Of a stretch of 64,000 nucleotides of DNA, positions 27,471-36,954 are shown in pieces. The notes beneath the pieces are model-generated. The model did no database searches, was not told the DNA's origin, and worked only from the letters and a program-made list of their open reading frames with translations. Position 1 is the stretch's first letter; each line of letters starts with the position of its first letter. This DNA is from Desulfatiglandales bacterium (GTDB lineage Bacteria; Desulfobacterota; DSM-4660; Desulfatiglandales; HGW-15): NCBI GenBank assembly GCA_963667015.2, contig CAXXJJ010000001.1, forward strand, positions 1,024,001-1,088,000, written 5' to 3'. The position numbers and the translations under genes were made by a program.

Positions 27471-27634
27471 AGGGCGATAGCAGTGCTATCTTTTTAGTAT
27501 TTTAACTCACCAGAGTTAGAAGTCAATACTATTCCTTAGCCTGCATATCACAACCAAAAATCGTTAAATATTTATCGACTTTTCTGAATTCGTCAGGAAA
27601 AGCAATTTATTAACTTTTTTAAGGAGGATTTTTT

Positions 27635-28000
27635 ATGCAGGAGAATAATTTAAATGGGCAAGAAAACATTACAACAGAAATTGATCTTATAATTCGGTCT
27701 GCACAGGAGTTAAAGGAAATTAAAGTCAAGCAGGAAGAACAGGAAAAAAGACTGTCATTATTGGAAGCGAAAACAGAACAAAACTCTGGAGACACCGGGT
27801 ACTTCACAATAAAAGCCTGGTGCAAATTAAACAATATTAGACTTCCTTTGACAAATTTGAGAAAAAAAGGATATGAAGCTTCAAAAATTTCAAGAGAAAA
27901 GGAGATTCATATCGGAAAGACAACAGATGAAACCTTCGGTACAGTAAACTGTTACCGGGAAGATATTTTAGATGAAATCTTTGGAACGGTACAGGTATGA
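27635..28000 (+). CDS. Phage antirepressor C-terminal-like DNA-binding protein
   Basis: Coiled coil then GYFTIKAWC...KKGYEASKISRE..I.IGK..DE.FG.VNCY..DIL, a pattern seen at the C-termini of phage Rha/Ant proteins; strong AAGGAGG SD. Confidence 0.65.
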   Translation: MQENNLNGQENITTEIDLIIRSAQELKEIKVKQEEQEKRLSLLEAKTEQNSGDTGYFTIKAWCKLNNIRLPLTNLRKKGYEASKISREKEIHIGKTTDETFGTVNCYREDILDEIFGTVQV

Positions 28001-28158
28001 GAAAAGAAGTGTAGAGTCGCACACAGGTTTAAATGTAAAAGTAATGTTTACATGACATGACACTGGCTCACTGTTTTTAAATTTTATATCATTTAATCGA
28101 TTTTGACTTTTGTAGAGGCAGATGAATTTTTTATACAAAATTAATTGGAGACTATATC

Positions 28159-28383
28159 ATGATCATGCAAAATACTTTTGAAATTTCGCATCTTTCAAAA
28201 GAGAATAAGCTGAAAGTTATGGAGGCTATCTGGGAAGATTTATCAAAAGATGATATGGAGGTTGAATCCCCCGGGTGGCGTCATGATGCTCTTCGGGACA
28301 CAGAACGACGGCTGGAATTGGGGGAGGAAAAGGCAGTAGACTGGAATGCCGCAAAAAAAGAACTCCGGAAACGATTCAAATGA
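28159..28383 (+). CDS. Addiction-module antitoxin (putative unstable antitoxin, TIGR02574-like)
   Basis: LSKENKLKVMEAIWEDL...SPGW...L..RR..G......W...K..LR; ATGA overlap with a following toxin-like start MKIRI. Confidence 0.85.
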   Translation: MIMQNTFEISHLSKENKLKVMEAIWEDLSKDDMEVESPGWRHDALRDTERRLELGEEKAVDWNAAKKELRKRFK

Positions 28384-28440
28384 AAATCAGGATACAGTCC
28401 TCTACAATTGAAGTTTTGTATGCTGGAAGTTATTTCCGTC
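28380..28440 (+). pseudogene. Collapsed RelE/ParE toxin stub (also present at 25880)
   Basis: MKIRIQSS is translationally coupled to the antitoxin, but the frame runs antisense into the tRNA with no toxin core. Confidence 0.45.
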
Positions 28441-28488
28441 ATAAGGTATTTAAGGAAAAACAAACACAAAGGGATTGCTTGATATGTT

Positions 28489-28564
28489 TGGAGCCACTGT
28501 GCGGAATCGAACCGCAGACATCCTCATTACGAGTGAGGTGCTCTACCAACTGAGCTACAGTGGC
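28489..28564 (-). tRNA. tRNA-Thr(CGT)
   Basis: gccactgtagctcagttggtagagca-cctca-ctCGTaa-tgagg-...ggttcgattcc-gcacagtggc-tCCA. Confidence 0.97.
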
Positions 28565-28634
28565 CAGGGTAAAGGAAAGTGACTATAATATCTTTTTTTT
28601 TACCTGTCTATAATTTTTTGCCCGAATAATATTC

Positions 28635-31600
28635 CTATAATGAGTTATACCTGATCTCAAAGCTGTCTATTTCATCCATAAGACTGTCCATATATTCTGC
28701 TGTAAAGGGAAGTGATTCCTTTCGATCGATTAGATCATTTCTGTATTCAACGACCGCTTCATAATGTTTTTTCCTGGCAGATGCGGTCTTAAGCGTTTCG
28801 GCCTTTTCCATACTCTGACATATCTTTTTCCATTCCTTTCTAAAGCTGTCGACTCTCTGCCATTTTTCCAGATTTCTGTTGCCCGAGTAGATATCCAGGT
28901 CAGGACGGGATTCCAGGAGATGCTCCATTCTTCTTTCATTTTTGTGACAGGCAAATTTATACTCACAGAACTCACAGGTATTGCCGTCTGCAGAATGGTG
29001 AAAAACGCCTTTTTCAATAAGGGAGGTCAAATGAGTGGTAAACTTGTCAATGAGTGTTACGCCGCTGATATCGATGCCGCTGCCCGATGAGTTATAGGTA
29101 ACGGAATTTTTTAAGGGTGCATTTTCAAGAAAGACATTTCTCTTAAGTGAATAAAAGGCTGCGGATATTTTTTTAATATCAGTGCTTGATTGAAGCCTTT
29201 ATATATACGCCCTTATATACACAGGCAACTGAAAGGCAAGCCCCTTTTTTATGTCTGATGCAGGTTTAATATAACCGGTCTTATAATCATAGATGTAAAC
29301 GGTTTCAGGGGCAGTAATATCCCTGTCAAACCGGTCAATATAGCCCCTGATAAAAACATTCCCCAACCGGACAGGCCTGTCATGACTTCCGAATTCAAAT
29401 TCAACTCCCTCGGGAATCCTGTTTATAAATTCGACATACTCATAACGAATAAGAGATGCAATAATACCTTCCCTGTTATCATTTTCCTGCTTACCATCGA
29501 GTCCGGAAAACAATTCCAGTTTATGAAATTCCGCAAAATCAAGCCGATCCAGGCTGGATATATCCTTAAGGTAGTCGCTGATAATTTTAATGGCCGTATT
29601 GAAAGCATTGTCAAGGCCGAGATCATGTATATTAATCTTCCTGGCGGCAAGTTTCTTAAAAAATATGTTCAGTATTTCATGGATGGACTGACCAAGATCC
29701 CTTGAGGTCGCCTCCGGTGTTATTTCATCAATATCTCTCAGTTTATAACCATATTGAAACAGATATCTCATGGGGCAGTTGGCAAGGGTCTCCAGGCTTG
29801 AAGAGGAGAAGGTCCTGTTCCTTTCTTCATTAAACCGGTTGAATTCAGAGGCCTTATCAACAAGCCCGTCATATTCAAAAAGACCGTTTCCTGCGGATCT
29901 TGAAGAAGCGGTTTTTATCCCCCTGATAATATCTTCTTCCGAAGAAATATCCTTAATGATTATATTCCTGAGATTAAACGGTTCTTCTCCAGTATCTTCA
30001 CAGGCACTCCCTTTATATATACCGGCGTTAAGCAGTTCATTGTCAGAGGTGTAGAAGGAATTTTTATTCCATATTGTGGTTCTGTCTTCAGGTTCCCCGG
30101 ATGCCGCAGAGTCTATAAGTGCGTAAAGATCCTGAATTACCTGTGAAGGCTGTACAGGCTTTTCTGATATATTTTCAGGGTATGAAAGGTAAAGCTGCTT
30201 CTCATAATTCTTTAACAGGCTGCTGAACAGCTGTTTGGACTGGTCTACCGGATCAATAATCCTGAATATCCCCCTGGATGACTCGGGAATGATAAAATCC
30301 GGTTCCTCCTTTAATGGGAATCTGCTGGCTGTCAGGCCTCCGGCGAAAACATAGTCAAAGGAGCGGCCCCTGGTTTCCAGCCACTGTGATACGCGAATGA
30401 CATCAGGATTTCTTTCATCAAGCAGGCAGGTGTTATTAATCCTGTTGTTTAAAGTATTATAAAACGCAGCAAGCAGTGCATTGCTTTTTTTTATATTAAA
30501 GAGCCGTTGTGCAAGATTTATTTCTTTGTGGCTTATGTTCAGGAGGTCGTTCAACAGGGTAAAGGCCTTTATATCTCTTTTAAGAAGCCCCCTTTTTGCA
30601 GCATGTTCAAGGCCAGTATCATGATTATTAAGGTCTATAATGTTCATGGGAAAACCCAGAAACCGGATTATTTTTTTAAATATTTCGACTATTTTTTCGG
30701 GTGTTCCGCAGTCAGCCAGGTCAGTAAAAGGGGAAAGCACGGATTTAAAAATAATCCTCTGGTTTAAAAAACAGTAATATTCAAGCCTCAGGGCTTTTTT
30801 TTCATCGGGGCTTTTTGAGCCTGATATCGAACCGGAGTAGATATCCCTGAAGACGGGTATTTTGTCATTATCGATGTTTTCAAGTCCGTTTCCCAATCGG
30901 TCAATCCCGCATCTTCTCATGGCCGTATCAAATATATTTATATCGGGTATTTTAAAAATATTATCCGAAGTCTCTTCATAAAAAAGAGCTGCCAGGTCTT
31001 CACTTGTATCATCCGGTAGATAATGGTCGTCCGGGTAGGTAAAGTTAGAAAACTCACCGGATTCAAGGCCGGTGTATGCCGGGTTTATAATTCTCAGAGA
31101 GAAAAGTCCGAAAAGATCTTCTCTCCTGAATTCCTCAAGGGGCAGTTGCAGTATCTTAAGGAATATGTGAGAAAAGGGGTGTGAAGAAAGGGGTATTCCC
31201 TTTGTAAGGCTGAAGGGCAGGACGTATTCGGTGAATACTTCGGAGACAATGGATGCATAATCATTCAGGTCCGGGAAAATAACCCTTATATTCCCGGGGT
31301 TTTCATCCTGTTCAATAATTATCCTTTTTATCTCCGATGCAATAGCCCTTACCTCATCAACTTCTCCGGGGAACGATCCGATTTTTAAGCTATCTGCTCC
31401 TGCATCCATATCAATGCTGTTATTAGTATATATTGCCCCTGCATAGGGATTGGGGTAGGAAACCCTGTCGGCCTTTTCTATGCTGTATGGAAATCCTCTT
31501 TCTTTGAGCCTGTCCATCAGGGAAATAAGGGAATAATATACCCTGCATGCCTCTATTTCTCCTTCTTCTTTGGTTTCTCCTTTTTCCCTGCTGAATTCTC

Positions 31601-32399
31601 TGCCGCAGGATCTTCGAAAATCGGATACAGGGTTCTCTCCATTGCTTTCATAATCGATGATCCACCATAATTCATCTACAGAGGAAATCATGTGAAAGAG
31701 GATTTCTTCTTCAATCCTTGATATGTGAGCAAGGCTGTCCAGGATAATTCCATTGAAACCGGCAAGATATGACGAATCTTTTTTTTCTTTGAAAAAATCT
31801 CTTACATTTCTATGAATGTCATCATCGTCATATCCCCTTATTTCCCTTTTCAGTTCTTCGTAATCTCCCATAAGCCATAGAAGGTCACTTTCAAGCGCAT
31901 ATTTTTCGTCTGCTGATCCGGGTTCATTTTCTTCCTGCCGGATAATCCTGCCTCCCAGATCATTTGCATAGATGTCTTCATAATTATTTCGATAAAGGTT
32001 GGAGAAGAAACCGGAGATATTCCTGCAGATGCCGGGATAGTCCATGTCTGCGGTGTTCTCTGAGAATAGTGATTGAAAATAAGCCAGTCCCTGTGTATCA
32101 CCCGATCTGTTCAGCAGTGCCTTCTTTATCAGCATTTGACTGACTATCCGGTCTATGGGTGAACAGTCAGGGTATTTTTCCGGCCTTATATCTTCATCAA
32201 ATATCTGATGTATCACACCTGTCAGGGTGTTGATCCTGCGGTTAAGCCAGAACCTGGAATCTGTCTCAAGCTCCATTACCCTGCCTTTTGTAGGAACGAT
32301 ATGCAGAAAGAATAAATTTTCCGATGCAGTTATCCTGTCTGCAAGGAGATGCTGTCTGGATGATATTGTCTTCCCGATAATGTAGTTGATTTTTGTCAT
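28635..32399 (-). pseudogene. AddB/RexB-like helicase-nuclease subunit (PD-(D/E)XK) interrupted by an in-frame TAA at 29199-29201
   Basis: FSSSSLETLANCP.RY, G..IHEIL, RGYIDRFD, YDYKTG, FQLPVY; the same frame continues past TAA to CEFCEYKFAC and the stop at 28635. Confidence 0.8.
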
Positions 32400-32628
32400 G
32401 CTGTTTAATCTTTATATCCGGTTTACATGTTATCGCTGGCAGTGAAAAAATTACAGGGATTATACCTGCATCAATGAATATAGGAAATCTTTTTTTATAG
32501 AACAGAATTTTAATAATTTTCCTGAGCTAGAATGACTTTGACTTAATGTAAAAGGATTGCTATATAAATATTTTTTACAATGAATTTTTTATTATTCGCA
32601 TTCATTTCTCAATAGAAGAGTTGTTGCC

Positions 32629-33525
32629 ATGATCAAAATCTTTATATTTTCAGGCTACGGGCATAACCAGTCTTTTGAGCTTGTAGGTAACAGTGTCTTT
32701 ATTGGTCGGTCAGAAGAAAACGACATTCAAATCTCAGATATGTCCGTATCCCGCAGGCATCTGGAAATAATAGATAAAGATGGCAGGTTTTACATCAAGG
32801 ACCTCAACAGTCAGAATGGAACCTATGTAAACGGCACCCAGATAGATCCCGACGAATATGTTGAAATAAAAGAAAGCAATCCCATAGTAATAGGTATGAC
32901 CCTTATATGCATTGGGCAAATGTGTATTGAAAACCTGGCTTCATTTGTTAATTCAATAAGCATTCCTGTCAGAGACAAAGATATTGATCCGGATGCAACA
33001 ACATTTTTCAGGCCGTTGACAGATGTAAGAAACGATGAACTGATCAGCAATGTTAACAATGTTTTTCATGTGTCGTCAGACGTCGAGGAGATAGCAGGAA
33101 AGCTTCTTGACCATATCCTTAATCATTTTTTAAGGATAGACAGGGTTGTAATTATTTTATGTACTGAAAATTCATACGGGAAAATGATTGAAACAGTGGT
33201 CTCAAGATCAAGAACCAATGATGACAGTCAGGATGAAAGCTTCAGCCGGATGATTGTTGATCGGGTTATTTCCAGCAGGACACCTCTGGTAATTCCCAAT
33301 GTCACAAATGAAAGAGAGCTTGAATTATCCGGAACTCTCCAGCTGCTAAAAATAGGATCGGTAATGTGTGCCCCTATATTGAAAGAGAATAAACTGATCG
33401 GGGTCCTTTATATTGATTCCTATCAAAAACCATACGGGTTCAGGGAGGATGATCTGACCCTTATTACGGAGCTCAGTTCCCTTACAGCCAGATCTATTGA
33501 ACCGTTTCTCTCTCCTGATGAGTAA
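32629..33525 (+). CDS. FHA + GAF domain protein
   Basis: IGRS..NDI.I.D.SVSRRH, DLNSQNGTYVNG; SVMCAPI...IGVLYID...F..DDL. Confidence 0.9.
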   Translation: MIKIFIFSGYGHNQSFELVGNSVFIGRSEENDIQISDMSVSRRHLEIIDKDGRFYIKDLNSQNGTYVNGTQIDPDEYVEIKESNPIVIGMTLICIGQMCIENLASFVNSISIPVRDKDIDPDATTFFRPLTDVRNDELISNVNNVFHVSSDVEEIAGKLLDHILNHFLRIDRVVIILCTENSYGKMIETVVSRSRTNDDSQDESFSRMIVDRVISSRTPLVIPNVTNERELELSGTLQLLKIGSVMCAPILKENKLIGVLYIDSYQKPYGFREDDLTLITELSSLTARSIEPFLSPDE

Positions 33526-33609
33526 CGCAGAAAAACCATCCTCTCACCATCCTTCATTGGATTTCAGGGTGATACCCGCCTTATTTGCAAGGCAAACCGG
33601 AAAAGAAAA

Positions 33610-34353
33610 TTGGCGAAAAAGAGCAGAATAAAGATAAATGACCTGAGTCGTATAATGATCTATATACTCGGGCACAAACCTTATGAGTATGGCCTGGTCC
33701 CTGACAGCCAGGGCTATATTACCTTCAAGGAACTGCTGTGGGCGCTTCATGAAGAGCCGGGCTGGTCCCATGTGAACCAGGGCGCTGTCAATGAATTGCT
33801 CATGAGTGATGAAAGAAGTAATTTTGAAGCAAGTGAAAACAGTATCCGGGCAGTATCAAAGCACTGGGAACTGAACCTCTATCTGCCTGCAGATCATGTT
33901 CCTTCGCTGCTCTATACTGCCATCAGGAGAAAGGCACATTACACGGTTATGGATAAGGGGCTTATGAGCCGTGATGAGAGACTCTATGTGCTGACAGCTG
34001 ATAAAGCAATGGCAGAAAGGATAGGCAAAAGGAAAGATCAGAAACCTGTCATCATCGAAGTAATGGCTGGAAGGGCCTCGGATGAAGGTGTTTTATTTTA
34101 CCCCTTTGGGGATCTGTTCCTTACGCATGATATTCTACCTAGATATATTGCCGGCCCGCCTGTGCCAAAGGATGTTATTAAACAGAGAGAAACAAAACCG
34201 GTTAAGAAAAAAGAGCCGGAGGCCGTTCCAGGTTTTAGCGCCGGTACATTTACTCTTGATATTAACAGGGACCCCGATGTGGCAAGGAGAACAAAGGGTA
34301 AGAAGAAAAAGGGCTGGCGCGAGGAGTTAAGGGGGAAAAGACGAAAAGGTTAG
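33610..34353 (+). CDS. RNA 2'-phosphotransferase (KptA/Tpt1)-like protein with degenerate motifs
   Basis: LS..M.YILGHKP.EYGLVPD..G; IRA; A..IG.R...PVI.EV.A; TTG start. Confidence 0.75.
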   Translation: MAKKSRIKINDLSRIMIYILGHKPYEYGLVPDSQGYITFKELLWALHEEPGWSHVNQGAVNELLMSDERSNFEASENSIRAVSKHWELNLYLPADHVPSLLYTAIRRKAHYTVMDKGLMSRDERLYVLTADKAMAERIGKRKDQKPVIIEVMAGRASDEGVLFYPFGDLFLTHDILPRYIAGPPVPKDVIKQRETKPVKKKEPEAVPGFSAGTFTLDINRDPDVARRTKGKKKKGWREELRGKRRKG

Positions 34354-34483
34354 GCACTCCTTTTCTTACTCTTCTCATACTGCTAATCTTTTCACGGTAG
34401 TCTTCGGACTATCCTGCTTCAACCTGTCCTTTATTGACATATTAATGCCTGATAATCTATTATAAAGGTCCTTAATAAAGGAG

Positions 34484-34747
34484 TTGAAAATGACAGAAAA
34501 ACATAAAATAACCATCGAGATTCCTGACAATATATATGCAGGAATTATGGCATTCAGTAAAAACAACAAGATCTCTGATTCAGGTGAAGCCATTATGGAA
34601 CTGGTAAAACATGCACTGAAACTTCCCCCGTATTTTAAAAATTTTGATTGGGAAATGGCAGAAAAAGAAGCTGATGAGGAAATTAATACGGGTGATGTTA
34701 TGGAATTTTCAGATGTGGATGATTTTCTGAATGAGCTGAACTCGTGA
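34484..34747 (+). CDS. Putative type II antitoxin (RHH-like)
   Basis: WEMAEKEADEEINTGDVMEFSDVDDFLNEL; GTGA overlap with the toxin; TTGACA at 34434 upstream. Confidence 0.75.
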   Translation: MKMTEKHKITIEIPDNIYAGIMAFSKNNKISDSGEAIMELVKHALKLPPYFKNFDWEMAEKEADEEINTGDVMEFSDVDDFLNELNS

Positions 34748-35004
34748 AAATCCTTCGAGCCAATTCCTTTAAAAAAGACTACAGCCAGCTTCCCTCAGAT
34801 GTTCAAAGATTGTTTAACAAAAAAATCCGGATTTTTATGGATAATATCCGCCATCCCTCACTCCGTGTTAAAAAAATGAAAGGGTATGAAAATCGCTGGG
34901 AAGCAAGTATAAATATGTTCTATCGTTTTACTTTTGAAATACATGAAGACCATTATCTTTTTCGTCGTATAGGACCGCATGACGATGTTTTAAAGAATCC
35001 GTGA
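34744..35004 (+). CDS. RelE-superfamily toxin
   Basis: SFKKDY..LP, HPSLRVKKMKG, WEASIN..YRFTF, RRIGPHD. Confidence 0.85.
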   Translation: MKILRANSFKKDYSQLPSDVQRLFNKKIRIFMDNIRHPSLRVKKMKGYENRWEASINMFYRFTFEIHEDHYLFRRIGPHDDVLKNP

Positions 35005-35135
35005 TTTATAACTGTCACTGTCATTCCGCTACTTGTTGAAAATCCCGTATTGTTTAAGGGGATCGTTGAATCCAGTAGTTTTTTGATTGTGGTTATTAAA
35101 ATCTGGAAATAATGAAGACCTTATGAACACTTTTT

Positions 35136-36449
35136 TTATGTATAATCTTTTATCTTTCCCAGAATATAATCTTTTTTATGTTTTTCGGCTGTTATTTTTA
35201 TGATCTCATTCTTGAGTAATGTGTCCGAGTGCAGGAATACCTTAAGGTAGTTGTCGCTCAAGCCTTTAATGATTTTACCTTCTTCCGATTCCCATCCTTC
35301 AGTGAGGATAGAATAATCCTTTCCAAGGCATGACCTGTAGAATATGGTCTTTTTCTTTTTGCCAAGCTCCCTCAGTTTTGAGGCCCTTTGCTTGATAATC
35401 TTTGAGTCAACCTGGTCCGGATATTCTGCCGCAGGAGTCCCCTTTCTTGGTGAGAAGGGAAATACATGAAGGTATGATATAGGAAGCTCTGCTATGAGCG
35501 AATAGCCGTTTTCAAAGGCCTGCTCATCTTCACCGGGAAAGCCCGCAATTATATCAACGCCTATAGCTGCTTCAGGGATTCTTTCATGTATCTTTAAAAT
35601 CAGTTTCTTAAAGTCTTCAGGGCTGTAATGCCTGTTCATTTTTTTCAGGATATCCTTATCTCCGCTCTGGAGGGGGATATGGAAATGCCTGCACAGCCAG
35701 TTTTCGCCGGCGACCATCTCAATCAGTTCATTACGTATCTCTCCGGGCTCAAGCGAACTGAGCCTTATTCTATAGTCGGGATTTTCTTCTTTTATTATCT
35801 TTAATAATCCTGCCAGTTCTGATTTTCCGGTAAAATCTTTTCCGTATTTCCCCAGGTGTATGCCTGTAAGAACTATCTCTTTATAGCCTTCTTCCCTGAA
35901 GGAATTTATTGATCTGATTACATCCTTCTCTGACATACTCCTTACAGGTCCCCTGGCATAGGGAACAATACAGTAGCTGCAGAAGGAGTCGCATCCATCC
36001 TGAATCTTTAAAAAGGCCCTTGTGCGGTCCAGAAACCTTCTGACCGGCATAATGTCAAAGGACTGCTGTTTATTTTTATTATCAGGAATTTTTGTTAATA
36101 TCGAGAGGTCGCATTCTTCCAGGATCTCGGTTACATTCATCTTTTCCCTGTTCCCGGCAAGTACGTGTACACCTTCTATTTTTGACAGCTCTTCAGGAAA
36201 AACCTGTGGATAACACCCCACAACTGCAATTTTTGCGGACGGGTTTTCTCTAATTGCCTTTCTTATAGCCTGTCTGGACTGGTAGGATGCCCTCTGGGTA
36301 ACAATACATGTGTTGACAATTATAATATCGGCATCGGTTGCGGCCTCTGTTGACTGCCAGTTTTTTGAAGAGAGTTTTTCCCGGAGGTATGCTGTCTCGT
36401 ACTGGTTGACCTTGCATCCCAGTGTTATTATTTTAAACTTCTTACTCAA
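35136..36449 (-). CDS. mtaB: tRNA t6A37 methylthiotransferase MtaB
   Basis: TLGCKVNQYE, NTCIVT, RTRAFLKIQDGCDSFCSYC, LTGIHLG, HVFPFSPRKGTPA. Confidence 0.95.
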   Translation of the reverse strand: MSKKFKIITLGCKVNQYETAYLREKLSSKNWQSTEAATDADIIIVNTCIVTQRASYQSRQAIRKAIRENPSAKIAVVGCYPQVFPEELSKIEGVHVLAGNREKMNVTEILEECDLSILTKIPDNKNKQQSFDIMPVRRFLDRTRAFLKIQDGCDSFCSYCIVPYARGPVRSMSEKDVIRSINSFREEGYKEIVLTGIHLGKYGKDFTGKSELAGLLKIIKEENPDYRIRLSSLEPGEIRNELIEMVAGENWLCRHFHIPLQSGDKDILKKMNRHYSPEDFKKLILKIHERIPEAAIGVDIIAGFPGEDEQAFENGYSLIAELPISYLHVFPFSPRKGTPAAEYPDQVDSKIIKQRASKLRELGKKKKTIFYRSCLGKDYSILTEGWESEEGKIIKGLSDNYLKVFLHSDTLLKNEIIKITAEKHKKDYILGKIKDYT

Positions 36450-36867
36450 GCAGGCTCCTGTCGAAATTTACTTCCATGGCCCTTGCGGGACATGCCGCGA
36501 CACATAATTCGCAGGCGCTGCATCTTTCTCTGTCAAAAAGAACTTCCATTTCCGGTCTTTTTATATGTAGTGCCCCTGTGGGACACACTGCAGTACAGGC
36601 TCCGCATTGAAAACATTTTTCATCATCTCTCCGGATATCGTGACCTATGTTTGTTACCTGTATACCGGAATCCTTGAGGTATTTTATGCCCTCCATGTAG
36701 TTTTTTTTATGACCCGAGAGTTCAAGCACCATTAATCCCTCTTTTCTGGGATACACAACAGCCTTAAGGATGCTGAAACTGAGGTCATATTTTTTTACCA
36801 GGTTAACAACAACGGATTCGTTGACCGCTTTTTTAGGAAACCTTAGAGATATTATCTTTGAATACAT
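36442..36867 (-). CDS. NIL-domain ferredoxin (2x[4Fe-4S])
   Basis: N-terminal NIL-like domain; CFQCGACTAVCP and CSACELCVAACP. Confidence 0.9.
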   Translation of the reverse strand: MYSKIISLRFPKKAVNESVVVNLVKKYDLSFSILKAVVYPRKEGLMVLELSGHKKNYMEGIKYLKDSGIQVTNIGHDIRRDDEKCFQCGACTAVCPTGALHIKRPEMEVLFDRERCSACELCVAACPARAMEVNFDRSLLE

Positions 36868-36904
36868 TCGATCCTCCCGGGGATAACTTTAGGGAATCTG
36901 ATCT

Positions 36905-36950
36905 GAGGCGGTTTCAAAGCGATCCAAATTAAACGTTTGGAAACCGCCTC
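36905..36950. other. Inverted repeat between the aminotransferase and NIL-ferredoxin genes
   Basis: gaggcggtttc...gaaaccgcctc. Confidence 0.6.
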
Positions 36951-36954
36951 ATCT

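Larger units (their letters stand above)
26034..28488. mobile_element. Integrase-less 2.5-kb mini-island inserted at tRNA-Thr(CGT)
   Basis: Bounded by the tRNA 3' duplication exactly 2500 bp apart; visibly AT-rich; phage antirepressor-like ORF; no integrase ORF. Confidence 0.8.
28121..28533 (+). repeat. Right copy of the long direct repeat
   Basis: See 25676-26033. Confidence 0.95.

Noticed and set aside
25676..28533. Diversity-generating retroelement TR/VR pair
   Set aside because: No reverse transcriptase in the window, differences include many non-adenine changes and an indel, and the repeat is anchored on a tRNA att site
29199..29201. Programmed frameshift or recoding in addB
   Set aside because: Downstream part is in the same frame and the stop is TAA inside a slippage-like duplication
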